This document shows, in pieces, positions 32,468 to 40,592 of a DNA stretch of 40,592 bases. Position 1 is the first letter of the stretch; each line of letters starts with the position of its first letter. The DNA lies in NCBI GenBank assembly GCA_001724265.1, contig MEDY01000057.1:62001-102592 (forward strand), written 5' to 3'. The translations under genes were made by a program, and so were the position numbers. The notes beneath the pieces are model-generated. The model ran no database searches, was not told the origin of the DNA, and saw nothing but the letters and a program-made list of their open reading frames with translations. Source of the stretch: Rhizaria sp. SCN 62-66 (Eukaryota).

Positions 32468-34954
32468 TCATGTGGGGATGAAAGATGAAAAATCCATGTA
32501 GGATACCTTTCCTGTCTCAAAAACGGAGCATTTCTTCGTCATACAGTGATTTTTAAAGCATCGCGTCACCACATCGTCAAAGGGTGGCGCACCAGTGTCA
32601 CTGGGTTCCGGACTATAGCCTGGCACGCACGACACCACGCGGCCGACGGGCACAGCACCACGCAATAATTTCACAGAGCATAGCTTGAAGACAATAAATA
32701 ACGGGGACTTGTTGGATGCAAAGCCTTTGCCCCACTCTGGAGCGACTGCGCGAGGATACATCAGCACCGTACCAACCGGGTAGGTCGCACCGGCGTCAGC
32801 CACAACCTTAGCGTAGTCGTCATACACAATGTCATCATCGGGCAGCGTGAGCGGCTTAGTGGCGCAGGGAACACGGGAGCTGTGATGGTACAATGTGACG
32901 AACGGCAACTCGGCCGCAGATTGACCCGGCGGAACAAAGCACTGATGCACATAGTGACCCAGAGCACCACCCATAGCCGCTGCGCGGAAGTGAGCGGCGT
33001 GATATGGGAGCTGGTCATCGTTGAGACGAATCAACGTGCAGTATTGATGGTGCGCCCGTGTCTCTGCGTTGTAAAATCGCGAATTGAAAACCACATCAGA
33101 CGTCATTTGCTCCCACCCAACCATTTGAAGGGCATAAGAAAACACATGCTCCCGTGCCTTAACCTGCAACAACTTATGTACGACAGCAGACGGTACATTA
33201 GCGACCCGCTCTGTCTGTCCACGGTCGTCAAGTGGTGGATATCCGCTCTCCTCCATGCAACACGCTATGTACGCGTCAAACGCTTCGAGCCAATTTCCTT
33301 CGGAGGGCTATGAGAATGCGCGCTCATTGGCGGCAGCTTGCACAATCCGCGCCACATCATCATCCGCAGTTGTTAACTCGGAACAAGTTGAGCTCTGGCT
33401 CTCGAACAACGCACGCAGATGCGCAAGCTCCTGCCACGCACGACCGTTCCGCTCTTGAAGCATGCAGTCGGTGTAGCGAAGCAACGAAAGCAATTGTGGC
33501 ACGCGCAACTGGATGAACTTCTCCGCAATTGAGATCCGCATCGCAGAAACATCAATACAATCGCCAAGGTCGTGCAAAACCTTGCTAGGTGTCATCATCG
33601 CGCGTAGCACGCTCAACAACTGCATCACTGTCGCAATGGCTAATCCAGAAGACTTATGACTAGCCTCCACAATGTCATCATTTGTAGCAACAGGCTTGTT
33701 GCACCGGAGTGCCGCAACACTCAGTTGAAAGGCACAAACTTGTTCTGCGCCGACGACGATGAGCTTTTGCGCTGCGTCCTCTGTTCTGTCTTTTGAGACA
33801 GAGATCAAAACAAACTGTTCCAGGAGACGTACTGTCTCGCGGTGCAAATCAATGCGATCTTTGATAGAAGAGTCTCCATAAGCCTTAATAACACGCTTAA
33901 GGAGACTGCCAAGTTCATACTCTGAGTCAAAAAGCTGCCGCGAAAATTCAGGAAGACATTCAGTCAGGCGCGCCAACAGCCCCACGAGAGGCGTGAGCAG
34001 CACTCCCCACTAGGGCTCATCAGAGGTTTCGTCGGTGTTCATAAGAAGATTGAAGATAATCTCCAGGCGTTGTGGGGTAAAGGCAGTCACAAGCGTGGCG
34101 TTGGAGATTGAGGTCGCGCACTGATAAAGCAGGCGAAGAGAGTGTAACTGGGCGTCCGGGACAAACGACTTGAAGATGCATAGATCATGCAGCACCAAGT
34201 CCAAGGCGGTGCTCATTAAGAAGTCAGTGATAGCGTTACTGTTTGCGGGTAAAACGCAAAACAGAGTCCTGTATATTGAAACCCGAACAAGATGATTGAG
34301 GTTGAGGGAGGTGTCATCCTAGTGGCGCTGAAGCATGGAACGCAACAGGGGCACAAAGTCAGCTAGGATAGCGGAGGGCGCAGGGGTGTGCGAACTGCAT
34401 AAAGAAGACACAGCGTCACAGAGCATCGCATGATAGTCGTAAATAATGGGATACTCGTCAAATCTATTCTAATGGTGCCGCTGGCGCATGTGGGAAAGGA
34501 TATATCCCAACGTGGTGTGCCTGGCGAGTTCTGGGAGACGAGACGACTGCGAAATCCTCTGTACAAGCCTGAGCATGGACAGAGACATTCGCATGTTGAA
34601 GCATGATGAAATTAGTTTTCCTAGTCTCTCTACAACGCTGCCTGTGGTTGCGAGCATTTCGCAGCCCAGTGTATCGTGTGCCATCAACAAGAACAGTTGA
34701 ACGAAGCTGTCGAGATGTTGCTCACTCTAGCTGAAACTCTCTATCCCACTGGCGTCGATTGGGAGCATCTGCTCAAGAACTCCGGCAACGCCACTCTCAA
34801 GCAATATCACAGTTGCCAACGGTGTTTCGTAACGGAAGCGAGTCGCGGTTGTTAGTTCGCTCAGAGCGGTCGAGAGATTTGAAGACTCAAGAGCCAACAC
34901 TTTTGCGAGTGCCGACTGGAGTTTATGGATAGAGTTATACTGGCGAGTGGACAT
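32468..34954 (-). CDS. Uncharacterised family X protein, paralogue 2 (828 aa); 5 in-frame TAG
   Basis: One continuous frame from ATG 34954 (MSTRQYNSIHKLQSAL) to TGA 32470-32468 (followed by TAA TAA). Interrupted only by TAG at 34729-34727, 34471-34469, 34321-34319, 34012-34010 and 33310-33308. The hand-translated gaps match the paralogues (MLCDAVSSLCSSHTPAPSAILADFVPLLRSMLQRH vs TLCAAVSALLSHGAPPPSDTVATLVPLLEKALQMH; WLEAFDAYIACCMEESGYP vs WREAHDAYIAHTLEDYGYP). Confidence 0.85.
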
Positions 34955-35619
34955 CTTAAGAAGTCGCAAAAATTGCTCAACGTCGGATTATAAGAAGTGA
35001 AATAACTTTTTCAGGCTTATGTGGCTGGGACTGGACACACCTACAAAGCGAGTGGGAGACAAAGCAAAAACACAGATTTGCGATTAGGCAACCAGTTGGG
35101 AGTATCGGTCTATACGGCAAGCTACAATCAAATCCTAGCTAGTGAATAAAAGAGTTTAATACCAATATGTTCAAAATAAACGCAGGGTAATTGATGGGCT
35201 CTAATGACAATCAACTGATTGCGCAGTAGCTATTCAAAAATCGTGTTGTTAGCTCGCTCCTCGGAGCTTCTTGTCAACCACAAAAGATGTCCAATGTACA
35301 CCACGTACGTGTGTACATGGATATGCAATATCTCGAGAATAAGGATGCGAATGTCTTTAAAATCGCACAGAAACAAAGTTTATGTTGATTGAAATATGAT
35401 GGAATCTAATATTACAACTCATACCTTGCATATATCTCGTCATTGACTTGAAGAAATTTGTAAGACTGTTATATGTGTCACGCAACGTGATCACTGCCAC
35501 ACAGATGCTAAATCGAATAGATTGAATTGAAGTTGTTACGCGCGAATTTTTACATAAAGGGACTCTCTCACAGGAAAACCACAGAGAAACGGCACCCAAC
35601 GACCTACCAAGCTCCGGAT

Positions 35620-35785
35620 ACAAGGGTGGTGTTTTCTGTGAACACACAGAAGGATTCTGTCTTTAAGTGTGTGTTTTCTGTGTTTAAAGTATATGTTATC
35701 AGCATAAAATTAGAATTTTATGTATTTAATTGCTTATTATTTACACAAGAAACACCACTTTTGAACACAGAAACACCACCTTTGG
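35620..35785. repeat. Imperfect nested inverted repeat (foldback/MITE-like) in intergenic DNA
   Basis: aagggtggtgttttctgtg (35622-35640) is a near-inverted copy of cacagaaacaccaccttt (35766-35783). An inner arm aagtgtgtgttttctgtgtttaaa (~35665-35688) pairs imperfectly with tttacacaagaaacaccactt (~35740-35760). Central perfect hairpin: cataaaat-taga-attttatg (35703-35722). Confidence 0.55.
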
Positions 35786-36161
35786 ACACAGCGAGGGGAA
35801 TACACACCCGGCCGTCTTAGTTACCGTCTCACATGCTTTTTATGTAAAATGTCGTGCGTCACAGAAGTTGTCTTAAAAAACTTGTGTAGTCGCTTGGAAA
35901 CTGGCATGAAAGAGTTTTAAAGCAGACTGTTGGGTCAGAAGAGGATGCAGTTGCGACACCGGCGAGGTAGAAGTGACATTACGTTACGGATGGACAGGGC
36001 CGATTGAGCGTGCTATCATATGTATTGATATGATGCTGATGAAAAGGAAAGATCGGTGCCAATGCGTGTGACTTGAAGTTATTATGTGCCTAATGCCAGA
36101 CCGCATGCTGTTGAGTCCATCATGTGTGAGCTGAAAAGTGGATAGAAGAGCGAAAATCATG

Positions 36162-36790
36162 TTAAAAAGAGCGGAGCTTGGCAGTCGCACCCAGCTGCTT
36201 GAAGTCAAGCTCAGAAGCCTGAGAAAGCTGAGGCGTAATGCCGTAGACGCCGAGAGTCCTCTTGACGGCCTGGAAAGAAGAGCCCAAGAGCATCTTGGTG
36301 CGGACGGGGACGCCGGTGTCAGGGCACCACTTGAAGAAGACAGGGCCAGAGAGCTCGCGAGCAGCGTCGTCGGCGTCAGTGTAAAGCATGTCGACTACGA
36401 CAAGGCAGGCGTCCTTGGAGTACTTGTTGTTAATCGTCTCGACGAGGGGTTCCCAGAACTTGGAGACGAAGTTGCCAGCGTTGACGTCGTCAGTCTCGGC
36501 GTAGGCAGCAGACTCCTCGGCAACGTCAATGGACTCGTCCTTGATAACAAAAAGGGCCCAGAAGGGAAGGCACTCACTCTTGTTTGCCTTCTTGTTGCGC
36601 TTAGCGATATCGTGGAACTTCTTCGCAGCGGCCTCGGTAATATTCAGAGAAAGGTTCTGTTTCGGGCAAAGAAAAACAAGAAGATAAGAAAATTTGAGCA
36701 GTGCAAAGAGTGGCATATGGGGGTTGTACTTGCTTGAGTGTAAATGCGTTAAAAAAAATGCTATTGTCATGTACTAACCGCTATTGACAT
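36162..36790 (-). CDS. ADF: ADF/cofilin family actin-depolymerising factor (about 168 aa; exons 36790-36779 and 36656-36162)
   Basis: ADF-H signature: ACLVVVDMLY...PVFFKWCPDTGVPVRTKMLLGSSFQAVKRTLGVYGITPQLSQASELD (consensus F..WCPD.A.VK.KMLYASS...LK..L....Q.....EL). Ends at TAA at a normal cofilin length. The first exon (MSIA) is inferred from splice signals. Confidence 0.88.
36657..36778 (-). other. Probable phase-0 spliceosomal intron (122 nt) in the cofilin gene
   Basis: 5' site GCG|GTTAGT; AT-rich body; polypyrimidine tract ttttcttatcttcttgtttttcttt, then gcccgaaacAG|AAC. Splicing preserves the frame. Confidence 0.7.
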
Positions 36791-37542
36791 GTCACATCCA
36801 ATCATTTCACTCGAAATCACAGTCAAACTCGGTCTGTCAAGAGTAACACGAATATGAACAAAGTGAGCATAGCACGTACCATTGTTGTAGATATAATAGA
36901 TCCTTCGATATTACTTTCTTAACGCAAAATGTCAAAATCGACTGCAGCTTGAGCTCACGCCTGCGAGTATAACTTGCCTGTCCCTCATCCAGTGTAAGGG
37001 GCTTGATGCATGCACACCGCGCGCCGAGCGCACGCAGACCACACGCCGAGAAGAAAATCAAGTACACCCTCCTTATATGTTGAATTTTTAAGTTTTGGGC
37101 GTTCATTTCTGATAATAACACTCTTTTCGCTATTATTTGTTCTCTTTTATCAATTCACAAATATTGGCATCATTCTCAACTACATGGTGCTACGCAATCT
37201 GTCAGAAGTCAAATAATATAAGCAAGTGTATGTACAATTCTAAAAGAAAAGAAGATGGATCTTATTTTGAGTATTAAAATACTATAAAAAAGTGCAAGTC
37301 TGTATAATCCTATTTTATCGAATAGGCGTTCAATTTGCACATGTTTGGTCGGTGTCAACACAGACCGCCTTGGTAAGGCTCACTCGAACAAGTATAACCA
37401 GTGCACAATAATTGAAAATAGAACGGACACTTTGAAGCAAAGAAAAAAGACGCTAAATAGTCAAGAAAAAAACTCGCATCATGCAATCTGAGAATAACAA
37501 TGCATTATTGTTGTGTTAAGCATCCCAATGAAAGCATGTTGC

Positions 37543-40200
37543 TCATGACTGCGACTCAAAGTATGGGAGACCAATCTCAGACCACCGCTCAGCGTCATCA
37601 TCGTCACCGTCATCGCCGTTCGCTTTGCCACCACAGTGGTCCGCAGCGGCGAGCGCGTCAAAGCAAGCAAGAATGGTGGTGTCGAACAGCAGGCTTTCGG
37701 CGGTGCGGTCTCGGCCGCGGTTGAGGGCGTCGACGCGCTCGTCCGGCCCGTCTACATCCCACTCACCCATAACTGTGCACGACACCACGCGGCCGATAGG
37801 CACCGCGCCCGGCAGCAGACTCGCCGCGCACGGCTGGTACACGAGGAAAGTGGGCAGATCGCTCGCGCCCCAGCCGCCAACGCGGGGCGCAGGCCGCACG
37901 GACCACGGCCGCACCAGCACCGTGCCGGGCGCGTACTCGGCGTCCGCCGCCACGGGCGCGTGCTCGCCGTAGACGATGTCGTCGGACACCGGAGCAATGG
38001 GGCCCTCGGCGCAGGGCGCGCGTTTGCTGTGGAGCGTCAGATACGGCAGTGCGGCCCCCGCGGGCTGCCCTGGCGGGCGGAAGCAGCGGTGCACGTACCA
38101 CCCCGTGGCGCCGCGGGCAGTGGCCGCGCGGAAGTGCATCGCGTGGCTCGGCAGCCGCGCGTCGTCGGGCGCGATCAGCAGCAGGTACGCCGCGCGACTC
38201 CTGTTGACAGGGTTTAGCAAATCCGTCTGCAAAGCAACGTGCGACGTCGCGTCGGTGGGGTCCATCGTCGCGTGCGCGTTCAGGATCACGCGCTCGTGGG
38301 CGCGCGCCTGCAGCAGCGCCAGCGCAGCGGCAGACGGCGCGCCGGCCACACGCTCGGGGGCCGGGTCCGCGGCCCACGCGTCCGGGCCCACGTTGCGCCC
38401 GCGCCGCGGGTGGCCGCCCTCCTCGAGGCTGCACGCCAGGTGCGCGTCGAACGCCGCCTCCCAGTCCACGCTGCCGTCCTTGGTAAAGGCGTGCAGGTCC
38501 GTCACCGCGGCGCAACGCTGCTCATCACTGATCGTCACAGTCGACGCAATATCAACAATCTTCAGCAGTGCCAGGAGCTGATTAAGCTCCTGCAAAGCAG
38601 GGCCATCTTGTTGTGTGCACGCGTTGCAGCGCAAGAGGTCGAGCAGCTGTGGCCCGCGCGCCTTCACAAACGCCGCGGCAACTGAGCTGTCGCCCACTGC
38701 AATGAGCTGGCGCAGCGCGCGCAGGATGTCAGTCATATTGCTCACAAGCTCGGCGTTATCGTTACCGCCAAGAACGTCTCCGCCAAACACGGCCGCGCTG
38801 AGTCCAACTACGCAGCACTCAACCGCGCCGGGCTGCCACAGCTCCTGCGCTCCCTGCGCCTGCCCCGCCCCGTCAGCACCGTTAGCGTCGTAAGTGCCGC
38901 TCGTCGTGTAGTCCTGCGTGGTAGCGAGCCGGCGCCCGACGTGGCGCGCGCCGATCGCGGCGAGGTCAACCTGCAGAGCATAGCGCGACTCGGTGCTCTC
39001 CTCGAGCATCTGCATCGTCTGAAAGAGCACGCCGCGCTCCAGGAGCTGCCCCGCGAGCGCGGGCGAAGCAGCTGCGAAGCGCGCGAGGGCGGCGTGGAGC
39101 GCTGCTAGAGCGGTGTTGATTAGCCGCGCCCAGCGGTCTGGCGCGGCATGCGCAAGCGCCACGCGCTCGGGCGTAAAAACGCGCGCCAGCGTCGCGGCCG
39201 GTAGGGCGGCGACGCGAGTCATCACTTCGACGAGCGCCTCGGACGGGTGCTGTTGGTTGTCCTCCAAGTCGAAGCGGCCGAAATCGTCGTTGCGGAATAG
39301 CATGCGCCAGGCAAAGTCAAACATCCCGCCCTCAAACACAGCCTCAATGCCGGCGCCGGCAGTGTCTGCGGGTGCGACAGCGTTTGCGAACGCGGCCGCC
39401 AGCGCGCTCACCAGCGCCCCGCGCATGGCGCGGTGGCGCTCAGTGTCGCAGGCGAAGTGCGCAGCGGCGCGCCGCAGCAGCGGCAGCAAAAGAGCGCCCG
39501 CAGTCTCGCGCGGCAGCGGCGGGCCGTGCTTCAGCAGCCGCGCGACAGCGCGCAGACACTCAGAGAGAGCATTCTTGAGTTCAACGAACGAGGGGTGATC
39601 CTCAGGCTCCTTCTCAGTCAGCTCATCCTCGTCCTCGTCATCACCGCCGCTGGCCGTGGTGTCATCCTCATCTTGGTCCAAGTCAGTGCTGTCACCGTCG
39701 GCCGGTGGAATGCAAGAAAAGGTCTCGATCGCGTAAACGAGGCGCGCGGCAAAGGCGAGCAGCGCGCGCAGGCTGGCGACCCGCTCGGCGACTGGCAAAA
39801 CGCCGCCGGGGTGCGCGTCGGCAATCATGCTGGCCAAAGCGAATAGCTGTTCTGAGTGCTCAGAAGCGTCGTCGTGTTCGACGCAGCCATAAAGCACCCC
39901 AGCGGCGCCGCGCGCGGCGAGAGCTTCGTAAGTAGGTGGGGAGATGCTGAGCAACACCAACACGTTTAAGCTGCCCGCGCGCATCGAGTACGCGGTGCCG
40001 TCCATGCCGCGGTACGACTAAAGCCACTTAACCAAAAGCCAATATGCATCAAGCTCGATGCACCCAGGGGTATGCCTCCGGATGATGGGACGCGCTCGGT
40101 GGAGCACTAAGTGTAGCGCGCGCAAGTCACCAACGCTAGGCGACAGCGACATAACCCCCGCCAGTGCCGCATGAAGAAGGCGGCATTGCTGTGGATTCAT
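37543..40200 (-). CDS. Uncharacterised family X protein, paralogue 3 (885 aa); 1 in-frame TAG
   Basis: ORF 40018..40200 (MNPQQCRLLHAALAGVMSLS, similar to the X1 start MDDYELRQVHVAMAVVQGLS) joins 37543..40005 in frame through TAG 40020-40018 (LLVKWL*SYRGMDG). Stop is TGA. Shares GPQLLDLLR, QELNQL, DLHAF, W..AFDA and the C-terminal domain with X1/X2. Confidence 0.87.
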
Positions 40201-40592
40201 CGAAATTCAACTAAATACACACATTTAGCAAAAACGCCCGCTCAAACACAGCAACCAGCTTCATATGATGACATGAAGCGAACAGAGAGAGATTAGAATA
40301 TTGCGAAGTGATGGTGAATGAAAGGAATGTCTGAAAGTGTCGGTATCACCATACACACAAGTTTTTGAAAGAAGGCATAAGGATATCACGTAGGGTAACA
40401 CAAATAGATTGCTTTATACTGGTTGCACGGTCGAAAACGGTGGTTGTGCGCAAAAACACGGCAAGGAAAATTGCCCTCAAGGGTCCCTGTTGTCTCACAC
40501 GGGGGTCGCGAATTGGGCCGTTTGCCTCTCCCACCCCACATGTTTGTGATGTTGAGGCACCCCCCATCCCCAATAAACATCCCTAGATTACC

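Noticed and set aside
32468-34954. X2 (and X1, X3, gene B) as pseudogenes with nonsense mutations
   Set aside because: All nine interruptions are the same codon, with no TAA, TGA or frameshift, and motifs downstream of the stops remain conserved. Random decay would not produce this pattern.
36138-36737. 199-aa plus-strand ORF
   Set aside because: Antisense shadow of the cofilin gene.
36772-36778. TACTAAC branch-point consensus on the plus strand
   Set aside because: It is the reverse complement of the cofilin donor site GTTAGTA; there is no plus-strand gene here.
36800-37540. Possible suppressor tRNA(CUA) or other ncRNA in the spacers (small hairpin ~37347-37366, TTCGA at ~37384)
   Set aside because: No cloverleaf or T-arm stem could be built by eye; tRNAscan-SE would be needed for certainty.
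10350-40020. TAG corrected to TGG (Trp) by A-to-I editing, as in sexual-stage Sordariomycete fungi
   Set aside because: Paralogue residues at the TAG positions are H, K, R, S or E, never Trp. At 34010 the conserved Trp is the next codon.
40346-40592. Short ORFs at the window end
   Set aside because: No motifs or coding-like bias; cannot be distinguished from upstream non-coding sequence of X3.
1-40592. Prokaryotic or phage features (operon, CRISPR array, recoded phage)
   Set aside because: Cofilin, a spliceosomal intron and the gene layout indicate eukaryotic nuclear DNA; no repeat-spacer array was seen.

Overview
Eukaryotic, probably protist, nuclear DNA with GC-rich, nearly intron-free coding regions and AT-rich spacers. 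The main result is an apparent non-standard genetic code in which TAG is a sense codon (most likely Gln) while TAA and TGA remain stops. Nine in-frame TAGs, with no internal TAA/TGA and no frameshift, interrupt four genes, and all six real gene ends use TAA (4) or TGA (2). Read this way the window holds six genes. Two are giant paralogous DUF3638/DUF3645 proteins with SF2-helicase-like NTPase motifs and EF-hands (+ strand; one 5'-truncated at >=3094 aa, one 6413 aa). Three are paralogues of an unrecognised 828-892 aa family with a helical ARM-like N-terminus and a conserved His/Cys-rich C-terminal domain (- strand). One is an ADF/cofilin gene with a probable spliceosomal intron. The giant gene and the unknown-family gene form a convergent pair that occurs twice in tandem. 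Domain names come from motif recognition by eye; no searches were run.
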